Below the pieces are notes generated by a model that saw nothing but the letters and a program-made list of their open reading frames with translations, did no database searches and was not told where the DNA came from. 64,000 nucleotides of DNA from assembly GCA_963700145.1 (NCBI GenBank), contig OY969474.1, positions 3,232,001 to 3,296,000 on the forward strand. The letters run 5' to 3'. Made by a program: the position numbers and the translations under genes. Below, in pieces: positions 29,963 through 40,700 of the stretch. The DNA comes from an uncultured Acidobacteriota bacterium. Its GTDB lineage: Bacteria; Acidobacteriota; Thermoanaerobaculia; Multivoradales; UBA5704. Every line of letters begins with the position of its first letter. Within the stretch, counting starts at the first letter, position 1.

Positions 29963-30166
29963 CTATCCCTTCGACTTGCTGCCCACTGGGAGCCCCCGGG
30001 GGCGAGTCGAGGCCTCCAGGACGGTGATCCCGATCAGCTCCTTGCCGTGATAACGAAGCAGGACGCCCTCGTCGGTCGTCTTGGTATCCGTCGCCTGCTG
30101 GGGCCGCCGGAAGCTGATGTACAGGACATCAGCTTCCCTGTCGTAGTCCACCCAGAATCGCTCCAC
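29963..30166 (-). CDS. DUF2283-family small protein
   Basis: VDYDREADVLYISF...GVLLRY...LIGITVLEAS. Start uncertain (GTG 30166). Confidence 0.75.
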   Translation of the reverse strand: MERFWVDYDREADVLYISFRRPQQATDTKTTDEGVLLRYHGKELIGITVLEASTRPRGLPVGSKSKG

Positions 30167-30242
30167 GCGGTGATGATAAACCCGGCGGTACGGGAAAGCT
30201 GGCGGGGCAAGCCACGCCCGCCTGTGCGAGAATCCACCCCGC

Positions 30243-30725
30243 ATGGCCCGCTTCCGCTTCCGCCCGCTTCACGGCGTCTTCCTGGTCCTCGTCTTCATCG
30301 CGGCGGTCTTGGGGGCCGACTACGTGCTCGAGGGGCGGATGGGGCAGGCGCGGTTCGAGCGGGTGGGGCCGGAGCCGGACGGCAACGTCCGCGTCTCGCT
30401 CGCCGGGCTCGACGCGCGCGAGGTGCGCTTCTATCGCTTCTTGAACCCCGGCAACCAGGAGGTCCGCTTCTTCGTCGGGCGCGATCCCGAGGGGGTCGTG
30501 CAGGTCGCCTTCGACGCCAGCGAGAGCCACGCCAACGTCGGGCGCGGCTTCCGCCACGAGGGGGAGTGGGTGGTGGACAACAAGTGCGACACCACCGTCC
30601 GCCTCGCCTCGGTCAACCAGGGGGGCGGCGGCTGCAAGCCGGTGCCGCTCGTCCACCGCGTCGAAGGGGACACCCTGGTCCTCACCGAGTCCGACCTGCT
30701 CGCCGGCTGGCGCCTCTTCCGTTGA
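30243..30725 (+). CDS. DUF2318-like membrane-anchored protein
   Basis: N-terminal TM helix; FYRF...VRFFV...AFDA...GF...GGCKPVPL...DL. Confidence 0.7.
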   Translation: MARFRFRPLHGVFLVLVFIAAVLGADYVLEGRMGQARFERVGPEPDGNVRVSLAGLDAREVRFYRFLNPGNQEVRFFVGRDPEGVVQVAFDASESHANVGRGFRHEGEWVVDNKCDTTVRLASVNQGGGGCKPVPLVHRVEGDTLVLTESDLLAGWRLFR

Positions 30726-30780
30726 GGCCTTCGGCATAGAATCCCGGCGGGCCGCGCCGCACGGTCCGGAAAGGCTCCCC

Positions 30781-31275
30781 ATGTCCTCCGCCGACTTCGT
30801 CCTCTACGAAGAGGAGTTCCGGCACCTCCAGGAAGCGCTGCGCCGGCTGCGCCAGGAGGCCAACGCCAAGGCCGTGTTCCTGATCGACAAGAACGGCCAG
30901 CAGATCGCCTCGGCCGGCGAGGTCGAGCAGTTCGACACCACCTCGCTGGCCTCGCTGACCGCCGGCAACGTGGCGGCCACCGACGGCCTCGCCAAGCTCA
31001 TCGGCGAGCGGGAGTTCTCGGTCCTCTTCCACGAAGGGCAGCAGGACCACATCCACATCTCGATCGTCGCCAAGCGCGCCATCCTGGTGGTCATCTTCGA
31101 CGACCGCTCCTCGCTCGGCCTGGTGCGGCTGCGGGTCAAGCGCGCCAGCGCCGACCTCGAGCGGATCTTCGAGACGATGGCGGAGAAGGCGGCGCAGGGC
31201 ACGCTCGGCGCCGGCCACGCCAGCCCGTTCGCCGAGATCACCGACGAGGACATCGACGCCCTGTTCGGCGAGTAG
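30781..31275 (+). CDS. mglB: Roadblock/LC7 GTPase-activating protein MglB
   Basis: LIDKNGQ, SLASLTAGNVAAT, SSLGLVRLRV, ITDEDIDALF. Confidence 0.93.
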   Translation: MSSADFVLYEEEFRHLQEALRRLRQEANAKAVFLIDKNGQQIASAGEVEQFDTTSLASLTAGNVAATDGLAKLIGEREFSVLFHEGQQDHIHISIVAKRAILVVIFDDRSSLGLVRLRVKRASADLERIFETMAEKAAQGTLGAGHASPFAEITDEDIDALFGE

Positions 31276-31287
31276 CGCCGTGCCGCG

Positions 31288-31872
31288 ATGACCTTCATCA
31301 ACTACGCCAGCAAGGAGATCAACTGCAAGATCGTCTTCTACGGCCCCGGGCTCGGGGGCAAGACGACGAACCTGCAGTACATCTACGGCAAGACGGCGCC
31401 CGAGGCGAAGGGCAAGATGATCTCGCTCGCCACCGAGGCCGACCGGACGCTGTTCTTCGACTTCCTGCCGCTCGACCTCGGGTCCATCCGCGGCTTCACC
31501 ACCCGCTTCCACCTCTACACCGTGCCCGGCCAGGTCTTCTACGACGCCAGCCGCAAGCTGATCCTCAAGGGGGTGGACGGCGTCGTCTTCGTCGCCGACA
31601 GCCAGGAGGAGCGGATGGAGGCCAACATCGAGTCGATCCGCAACCTCGAGGAGAACCTCCGCGAGCACGGCTTCGACCTCGCCGCCATCCCCTACGCCCT
31701 ACAGTTCAACAAGCGCGACCTGCCGACGGCGGTGCCGGTCGATCAGCTCTACCGCGTCCTCAACTACAAGCGCGAGCCGACCTTCGAGGCGGTCGCCACC
31801 ACCGGCCTCGGCGTCTTCGACACGCTGAAGGCCGTGGCCAAGCAGATCCTCATCGAGCTGCGGAAGCGCTAG
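31288..31872 (+). CDS. mglA: Small GTPase MglA
   Basis: [29 protein letters not shown]. Confidence 0.95.
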   Translation: MTFINYASKEINCKIVFYGPGLGGKTTNLQYIYGKTAPEAKGKMISLATEADRTLFFDFLPLDLGSIRGFTTRFHLYTVPGQVFYDASRKLILKGVDGVVFVADSQEERMEANIESIRNLEENLREHGFDLAAIPYALQFNKRDLPTAVPVDQLYRVLNYKREPTFEAVATTGLGVFDTLKAVAKQILIELRKR

Positions 31873-31882
31873 GGATCCCCCG

Positions 31883-32962
31883 ATGGCGGGTTGCAAGCTG
31901 GTCGCGGTCGGCGGCGGCACCGGGCTCTCGGTGCTGCTGCGGGGCCTGAAGCACCAGGTCGGCGGCGAGCGGCTGCGCGAGCTGGTTGGGGTCGTCACCG
32001 TCACCGACGACGGCGGCTCCTCGGGGCAGCTCCGCAAAGACTTCGGAGTGCCGGCGCCGGGGGACATCCGCAGCTGCCTGGTCGCCCTGGCCGACGACGA
32101 GGACCTCCTCACCCGCCTCTTCCAGTACCGCTTCCCGAACGGCGGCGGCCTGGTCGGCCACTCCTTCGGCAACCTCTTCCTCACCGCGCTGACCGGCATC
32201 ACCGGCGACTTCCACCAGGCGATCCTGACCGCCGAGGAGATCCTCTCGGTGCGCGGCAAGATCCTGCCGGCCACCGTCCAGGACGTGCGCCTGTGCGGCC
32301 GCGGCGTCTCCGGCGCCTGCTACGAGGGGGAGTCGGCGGTCGGGCTCTCGGGGGAGGAGCTGGCGGCGGTCGAGCTCGACCCGCACGCCCCCCCGGCCTT
32401 CCCGCCGGCGGTCGCCGCGCTCGAGACCGCCGACGCCATCCTGCTCGGCCCCGGCTCGCTGTTCACCTCGATCCTGCCTAATCTGCTGATCCCCGGCATC
32501 CGCCAGGCGCTGGCGCGGCGGCGCGGGCCGTCGATCCTGCTGCTCAACCTGATGACCCAGCCGGGGGAGACGGACGGGATGATGGGCGCCGCGCACCTGG
32601 CGGCACTGGAGCGCCACGCCGGAGAGGGGCTCCTCGATCTCGTCCTCGCCAGCTCGACGCCGATCCCCGAGGCGCGGCTGGCGCCCTACCGCGAGCGGGG
32701 CGCCGCCCCAGTCACCGTCGAGCGCGCGGCGCTGGAGGCGATGGGGGTCGAGGTCGTCGAAGCGGACCTCCTGGCCGAGAGCGGGCTTCTCCGCCACGAC
32801 CCCGACAAGCTGGCGTGGGCGGTCCTGGAGCTGGTCGAGGAGTTACGGTCGCGGCGGGCGGAGACCGCCGGAGAGCAGGGCGGGGGCATCCCTCGCCCCC
32901 CGCGAGGGGGGAGAGGGACCGAGGGTGAGGGGGGCGATGCGCTCGACCGGGCGGGGGATTAG
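31883..32962 (+). CDS. yvcK: YvcK/GlmR-family UDP-GlcNAc-binding protein
   Basis: GGGTGL, DDGGSSG, PGDIR, GHSFGNL, GPGSLFTS, RHDPDKLA. Confidence 0.92.
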   Translation: MAGCKLVAVGGGTGLSVLLRGLKHQVGGERLRELVGVVTVTDDGGSSGQLRKDFGVPAPGDIRSCLVALADDEDLLTRLFQYRFPNGGGLVGHSFGNLFLTALTGITGDFHQAILTAEEILSVRGKILPATVQDVRLCGRGVSGACYEGESAVGLSGEELAAVELDPHAPPAFPPAVAALETADAILLGPGSLFTSILPNLLIPGIRQALARRRGPSILLLNLMTQPGETDGMMGAAHLAALERHAGEGLLDLVLASSTPIPEARLAPYRERGAAPVTVERAALEAMGVEVVEADLLAESGLLRHDPDKLAWAVLELVEELRSRRAETAGEQGGGIPRPPRGGRGTEGEGGDALDRAGD

Positions 32963-32991
32963 TCTGTTCGCTGGAGTGGAGCCTTAAAACT

Positions 32992-34817
<1,826 letters not shown>

Positions 34818-34821
<4 letters not shown>

Positions 34822-35828
34822 CCGCGCGCCCCGGCCGCACGCGCCGCCCCGCCGCCGCCCTCGCGCTCGCCGCCCTCGCCGCCCTCCTCGCCCTCGCCGC
34901 CGCCGAGGGCCTCCTCCGCCTCGCCTCGAAGCACGCGCTGCGCGTCCTCGACGTCGAGATGTGGCGCTACGCGCGGCTGGTCAAGCGGCCGGAGGCGGAG
35001 CCCAGGCTGGTCGCGGACCACCGGCCGGAGGCGGACGCGCTCCTCATGGGCGTGCGGGTGCGCACCGACGCGCGCGGCTTCCGACGCGCCGACCCGGCGA
35101 CCGAAGCGCGGCGGATGCCCGGCGAGCGGATCGTCGCGGCGCTCGGCGACTCGCTCACCTTCGGCTGGGGGGTGGCGGAATGCGACACCTGGCCGGCGCA
35201 GCTCGAGCGGCTGCTGCGCGCCCGCTGCCCCGGCGGCGGCGCCACCGTCGTTAACGCCGGCATCGGCAACAGCAACACCGCCATGCAGCGCGCCCGCTAC
35301 GAGCGGCGCGTGCGCCCGCTCCGCCCCGACTGGGTGGTGCTCGGCTGGTTCATCAACGACGCCGAGCCGTCGCCGGTCCCGGCCGAGAGCCTCCTCCTCC
35401 GGCACTCGGCCCTCGCCGGCCTGCTCTCGACCCGCCTCCGCCAAGGTGCCGAGGTCCAGCTCCGCGACTTCCGCGCCTACTACGGCGCCCTGTACGGCGA
35501 GGACCGGCCCGGCTGGCGCGCGGCGCGCGAAGCGCTGCGGGCACTCGGCGCGCGCTTGAAGGAGGACGGCGCCGCCGCGACGCTGCTCCTCCTGCCCGAG
35601 CTGCACGAGCCGCGCGCCTTCGGACTTTTCGCCGACATCTACGCCCGCGTCGCCGCCGAGGGCCGCGCCGCCGGCTTCGAGGTCATCGATCCCACCCCCG
35701 CCTTCCCCCCCGGCCCGGGCGACCGCTACTGGGTCTCCCCCACCGACGCCCACCCGGACGCCGCGGCGCAGCGGCTCTTCGCCGAGGCGGCGGCGCGCTC
35801 GCGCTTCGCCTGCCGCGGCGCCCGCTAG
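34818..35828 (+). CDS. SGNH/GDSL hydrolase-family membrane-anchored protein
   Basis: GTG overlapping the glmS stop; LGDSLTFG, NAGIGN, IND, DAHP. Confidence 0.85.
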
Positions 35829-35888
35829 CTCTCCCTACCCCTCCGCCCCGGGCCCCACCGGGCGTACACTCGGGCTAGGTTTTTAGAA

Positions 35889-38594
35889 ATGTCGCTCGTA
35901 CGCCGTCTCGCCCGCCCGGCCGCGGCTTGGGACCGGGGCTCCTGGCTCTTCGCCGGGCTGGCGCTGTACGTCCTCGTCTACTCGGCCGTGCGCCTGGCGG
36001 GCGGGCCGGACTTCGGCGAGTCCCTCGCCAACCGGGCGCTCTTCCTGCCGGCGGGGGTGGCCGCCTGCTTCCTCGCCGTCCGCGCCTTCCGTGGCAAGAG
36101 GTCGGACCCCGGCACGCGGCGGGCCTGGTGGCTGCTCGCCGCCGCCTTCTTGGCACTCCTGACCGGCAACGCGCTCTGGTTGTTCGGCTTCGAGGCGCAC
36201 GCCGCCTGGCTGCTTTACTACCCGTTGCTCCTGGCCGGCGTGCTGAGCTTCCCGCGCACGCGGCGCTCGCCGGCCGAGTGGCTGCAGTTCCGCATCGACG
36301 CCGCCTCGGTCTTTTGCGGCGGCGCGATGGCGATCTGGTTCTTCCTGCTCCGGCCGGCGGCGCACCCGCTCGACCGCGGCGCCTTCCTCTCCTTCGCCTA
36401 CCCGTTGGGCGACCTGGTGCTGCTGCTCGGGATCGCGCTCCTCGCCCTGCGCCGCGTCGACGAACCCTATCGCCCGGTCTTCCTGCTGCTGACCCTCGGG
36501 CTCCTGGTCGAGTTCTCCGGCGACGTGCTCTACGGCGCCATGACGCTGGCGGGGAAGTCGCCGGACACCGCCGCCTCCGACCTCGCCTACATGCTGGGCT
36601 GGGGCATCCGCGGGGCGGCGGCCCACACCCACTGCCGCGTCCCCAGCCGGCCGCCGCCGGCGCGCCCGCTCGAAGCCCCTGCGCTCCACGGCCCGAGCCT
36701 CCTGCCGCTCGGCTTCGTCGCGGTCGGCTACGCCACCCTCTTCTGCGCCCTGGCGATGCGCGCCGCGACCTCCAGCGTCGCGGTCCTCGTCGCGGGCGCG
36801 GCGTCGCTCACCATCCTGGCGCTGGCCAGCCAGGCGGTGACGGCGCGCGAGGGCCTGCGCCTCCAGGCCGAGCTCGGGGCGCGCAGCAGCGAGGCCCGCT
36901 TCCGCACCCTGGTGCAGAACTCCTCCGACGTCATCGCCGTCGTGGACGCCGAGGCGACCCTGCTCTACGTCGCCCCCTCCGCCGAGCGGCTGCTCGGTCT
37001 CGCGCCGGAGGCGCTGTACGGCCGGCCGCTCGCCGGCCTGCTGCATCCGGAGGACGAGCTGCGCGCCCGGGTCTTCCTGTCGCACGCCATGGTGCAGCCG
37101 GGGCTGACCGGGCCGGTCGAGCTGCGGCTGGCGACCGGCGGCGGCCGCTGGATCACCATGGAGGCGGTCGCCACCAACCTCCTGTCGAACCCCGAGATCG
37201 GCGGCGTCGTCTTGACCCTGCGCGACATGCGCGAGCGCAAGGAGCTCGAGGAGCAGCTCATCCACCGCGCCCTGCACGACCCGCTCACCGGCCTCGCCAA
37301 CCGTGCCCTCTTCGGCGACCGCCTGCGCCACGCCCAGACGCTGAGCGCCCGGCAGCACAGCCGCTACGCCGTCGCGGTGCTCGACCTCGACGACTTCAAG
37401 GCGGTCAACGACGGCCTCGGGCACGCCACGGGCGACCAGGTGCTGGTCGAGACCGCCCGCCGCGTGCGCGGCGCGGTGCGCGACTCCGACACCGCCGCGC
37501 GGCTGGGGGGCGACGAGTTCGCGGTGCTGCTCGAGGCGGTCGAGAGCGACGACGACCTGCGCGCCGCCGCGGCGACGATCCTGGCGGCGATCGCGGCGCC
37601 CTTCACCGTCGGCACCGGCGCCCTCCACCTGACCGCCAGCCTCGGCGCCGCGGCGAGCGCCGCCGACGCGACCGAGGACGAGGTGCTGCGGCAGGCCGAC
37701 GTCGCCCTCTACCACGCCAAGGAGTCGGGCAAGGGCCGCTCGGCGCTCTTCGCCCCCGGCATGCGCTCGGCCCTGCTGCGCCGCCACGAGATGGAGGCCG
37801 ACCTGCGGCGCGCCATCGAGCAGCGGGAGCTCTACCTCGTCTACCAGCCGGTCGTCTCGCTGCGCAGCGGCCGCGTCGTCGGCGCCGAGGCCCTGGCGCG
37901 CTGGCGGCACCGCGACCGCGGCCTGGTGCCGCCGGGCGACTTCATCGACCTGGCCGAGGCCTCGGGCCTGATCGAGCCGCTCGGCGAATGGGTGATCGAC
38001 CAGGCCTGCCGGCAGGCGGCGGTCTGGCACCGGCTCGACCGGCGGGGCCTCACCGTCGGCGTCAACCTCTCGATGCGGCAGCTCTACGAGCCGGGCATCG
38101 TCGATCAGATGCGCGCCGCGCTGGCCGAGCACGAGCTGCCCAGGGACCTCCTGGTGTGCGAGATCACCGAGTCGCTGCCGGCGCGCGACCCGCTGGCCGC
38201 CGCGGCGCGGCTGCACGAGCTCAAGGCGACGGGGGTACGCCTGGCCCTCGACGACTTCGGCACGGGGTACTCGTCGCTCGGCCACCTGCGCGACCTGCCG
38301 ATCGACATCCTCAAGATCGACGGCGCCTTCACCCGCCACCTGGGCACGGAGCAGGACAGCTCGCTGGCGCGGGCGATCGTCATGCTGGGCAAGGCCATCG
38401 GCCTGCTGCTCGTCGCCGAGGGCGTCGAGAGCGCCACCCAGGCGGCGGCGCTGCGCGAGCTGGGCTGCGACCTCGGCCAGGGCTTCCACTTCGGCCCGCC
38501 GGTGACGGCGGAGGAGCTGACCGAGCGCTTGCGGCGCGAGGGCGGGCTAGCGGAAGGCGAAGCGGCGGATCGCGAGCAGTGGACGGCGAGGTAG
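35889..38594 (+). CDS. Multi-TM PAS-GGDEF-EAL c-di-GMP enzyme
   Basis: TM region, PAS (LHPED), RLGGDEF with RxxD, EALARW, DDFGTGYSSL, AEGVE. Confidence 0.93.
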   Translation: MSLVRRLARPAAAWDRGSWLFAGLALYVLVYSAVRLAGGPDFGESLANRALFLPAGVAACFLAVRAFRGKRSDPGTRRAWWLLAAAFLALLTGNALWLFGFEAHAAWLLYYPLLLAGVLSFPRTRRSPAEWLQFRIDAASVFCGGAMAIWFFLLRPAAHPLDRGAFLSFAYPLGDLVLLLGIALLALRRVDEPYRPVFLLLTLGLLVEFSGDVLYGAMTLAGKSPDTAASDLAYMLGWGIRGAAAHTHCRVPSRPPPARPLEAPALHGPSLLPLGFVAVGYATLFCALAMRAATSSVAVLVAGAASLTILALASQAVTAREGLRLQAELGARSSEARFRTLVQNSSDVIAVVDAEATLLYVAPSAERLLGLAPEALYGRPLAGLLHPEDELRARVFLSHAMVQPGLTGPVELRLATGGGRWITMEAVATNLLSNPEIGGVVLTLRDMRERKELEEQLIHRALHDPLTGLANRALFGDRLRHAQTLSARQHSRYAVAVLDLDDFKAVNDGLGHATGDQVLVETARRVRGAVRDSDTAARLGGDEFAVLLEAVESDDDLRAAAATILAAIAAPFTVGTGALHLTASLGAAASAADATEDEVLRQADVALYHAKESGKGRSALFAPGMRSALLRRHEMEADLRRAIEQRELYLVYQPVVSLRSGRVVGAEALARWRHRDRGLVPPGDFIDLAEASGLIEPLGEWVIDQACRQAAVWHRLDRRGLTVGVNLSMRQLYEPGIVDQMRAALAEHELPRDLLVCEITESLPARDPLAAAARLHELKATGVRLALDDFGTGYSSLGHLRDLPIDILKIDGAFTRHLGTEQDSSLARAIVMLGKAIGLLLVAEGVESATQAAALRELGCDLGQGFHFGPPVTAEELTERLRREGGLAEGEAADREQWTAR

Positions 38595-38718
38595 CAGACC
38601 GCCGCGGCGCCAGGCGATCACGAAGTGGCAGGCGAGGCCAAGGACGCCGGCGGACACGCCGGCCTCGAAGGCCGCGGCGCCGAGGAGCCGCCCCGAGGGC
38701 GACGATGGCGTAGACGAT
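38550..38718 (-). pseudogene. Decayed, internally deleted copy of the membrane-protein gene at 39723-40205
   Basis: Three collinear blocks match 39738-39765, 39953-40060 and 40092-40133 (e.g. CAGGCGATCACGAAGTGGCAG, CCCGAGGGCGACGATGGCGTAGACGAT). Confidence 0.85.
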
Positions 38719-38865
38719 CGCGGACGCTCAGCGCGAAAGCCGCGCCGCCGGCTTCGAGATCATTGATCCCTCCGCCGCATTACTGGCGCTCGCTGATACT
38801 TTGCCGACACAGCGTCCCAGGCCAACTCGAAGCTCGCTGCTCCGGCCGGACACACGAGACAGTCC

Positions 38866-39594
38866 TTAGTCGTCCGATGCAGGGATTGGTGCCAGACCTT
38901 GCGCAATGCTAACGACAACGTCGGCAAAACTTATGCTCATGAATTCTTTCACTGCGGTGATCCATTCCCTCACCTGATCGGGAGTGATCGACTCTACCTG
39001 TTCCAGCGCATCGACCCTCGGCGGCGCTTTATCCGCTCGGTGTACAATCTGATGCCGCCGCCTGACAAACTTATCCAGTTGGGGGAATAGATGCTCTACC
39101 TTTTCGACCTTTGCTCCAAGGCTTACCAGAAGCGACGAGATCTGTGTCGTATCGTTGTATGTGGCGGTGGATAGGCACTCATCAACCGACTCTCGTATCA
39201 GGTCGAACACCGTCTTGCCCCGGTGCGGAGCAAGGCGCCCCAAGAGAAATTTCTCAGCTCTGCCAGAGCTGCCCACCCCCACGAGAGGAATGGTATTCAG
39301 AGTTGACTCGTCGGCAAACGGCAATAGAGTGGCCGCCGTGGACCGAAGATAATCTTCAAGAGTAGCATGGACTAACACTACAGCAGCACGCAAAATGTCA
39401 GAGAAGTGCAGCTCGGCGCCGACCTCCTCAAGGGTGCCGAGCGCTTGAGCAGAGCCGCGAAGGATGGTAGTTAGATCGTAGATCTGGACTAGCGCCTCTG
39501 CGCGTGCCAGATTCTCGGCAAGCCGAGTTACCTGTGCCTGCGAAAAGCTTATTAGGTCACTCTTAGTTGTAAAGGCATTGGTATCGATCGCCAT
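38866..39594 (-). CDS. Standalone HEPN-domain protein (RiboL-PSP-HEPN-like)
   Basis: DILRAAVVLVHATLEDY and RHQIVH (R-x4-H); low GC. Confidence 0.78.
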   Translation of the reverse strand: MAIDTNAFTTKSDLISFSQAQVTRLAENLARAEALVQIYDLTTILRGSAQALGTLEEVGAELHFSDILRAAVVLVHATLEDYLRSTAATLLPFADESTLNTIPLVGVGSSGRAEKFLLGRLAPHRGKTVFDLIRESVDECLSTATYNDTTQISSLLVSLGAKVEKVEHLFPQLDKFVRRRHQIVHRADKAPPRVDALEQVESITPDQVREWITAVKEFMSISFADVVVSIAQGLAPIPASDD

Positions 39595-39722
39595 GGAGTG
39601 TTACCGCCTAACGGCTTTCGGGAAATATATGCTACGGCATTCTCGCGCCTTGTGCATTAGGTCCCAGTCGCCCCTTGGAGAGAATCTAGCACCCACTTAC
39701 GCTGAAGCAGGCCGCCGGCTAG

Positions 39723-40205
39723 CTACTGGCTCGCGCCGCGGAAGGAGAAGCGGCGGATCGCCAGCGCGATCGGGATGCCGACGAGAAGCGCGTGCGAGAC
39801 GAACCCCTGGAGGAGCACGCGCGGCGGGTAGGAGAGCTTGAACGGGGCGGCGGAGAGCGGGATGACGACGAAGTTCATGAACAGGTAGACGAGGATCCCG
39901 AAGACGGCGCCGGTGAGGAGCGGGCGCTCGCGGAGGAGCGCGAGGCGCCGGGCGGCGAGGTAGTACACCGCCGCGGCGCCGCAGGCGATCACGAAGTGGC
40001 AGACGAGGCCGACGACGCCGGCCGGCACGCCGCCCTCGAAGGCCTCCGCGCCGAGCAGCCCGCTCGCCACCGATTGCAGCACTCGCAGCGGCGAGGAGCC
40101 GCGCCGCCCGAGGGCGACGATGGCGTAGACGATGTCGAGGACGCCGGCGGCAAAGCCGCCGACCAGGACGCCGGTCACGCCGCCGGCGGGTCTCGGGGCC
40201 GTCAC
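39723..40205 (-). CDS. Small 4-TM membrane protein
   Basis: GVLDI...LQSVASGLLG...HFVIA...MNFVVIPLS...H; backbone codon usage. Confidence 0.8.
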   Translation of the reverse strand: MTAPRPAGGVTGVLVGGFAAGVLDIVYAIVALGRRGSSPLRVLQSVASGLLGAEAFEGGVPAGVVGLVCHFVIACGAAAVYYLAARRLALLRERPLLTGAVFGILVYLFMNFVVIPLSAAPFKLSYPPRVLLQGFVSHALLVGIPIALAIRRFSFRGASQ

Positions 40206-40217
40206 GGAGTCAGCCGG

Positions 40218-40580
40218 TCAGTTTCTCGGATCGCGCCAGACGAGCCGCTCGGAGGAGCGCGCGGCGAAGAAGTCCGGGCAGCGGCCGTCGCCGTTGCCGG
40301 TGATCCCGCCGTCGGGCGCGCAGAGGACGTTGCCGTCGCGGTCGTAGAGCACGCTCGCGACGTCGCAGCAGCGGCTCGGGCGGAAGTAGACCGTCTCGTC
40401 CCGGTAGCGGTAGCTGAAGATCGCCGACGGGGGATTGGTCACCGGCTCGCTCGTGATCTGGGCGATGAGGGCCTGCAGCCAGGACGGGGACTCGTCGGGC
40501 TCGCTCGGCGAGGAGTCGCTGCACGCGAGTGCGAAAAAGCACGCGGCGCACAGGGTGAAAATGAGGGCGACTCGCTTCAT
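40218..40580 (-). CDS. Small Cys-rich lipoprotein (DUF6970-like)
   Basis: Lipobox ALAC; CCD..S.LYD..G...CAPDGGITG.GDG.CPDF. Confidence 0.7.
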   Translation of the reverse strand: MKRVALIFTLCAACFFALACSDSSPSEPDESPSWLQALIAQITSEPVTNPPSAIFSYRYRDETVYFRPSRCCDVASVLYDRDGNVLCAPDGGITGNGDGRCPDFFAARSSERLVWRDPRN

Positions 40581-40700
40581 GCCGCTCGCCGCTCGCAAGG
40601 AGAATGCCCGCCGGTCGCGAGAGGGGAGCGCGGGTGCGGACGTGCCTTCGATTCGGCGGCTTGAATCACGGTCTCCAGAAAATCGTTCCCGCGCGCTGGA

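Noticed and set aside
24647..30240. Prophage or ICE integrated at tRNA-Gln
   Set aside because: No integrase, phage or conjugation genes, and no duplicated tRNA 3' end seen.
32935..32991. glmS ribozyme upstream of glmS
   Set aside because: Only ~30 nt of intergenic space and no recognisable ribozyme core.
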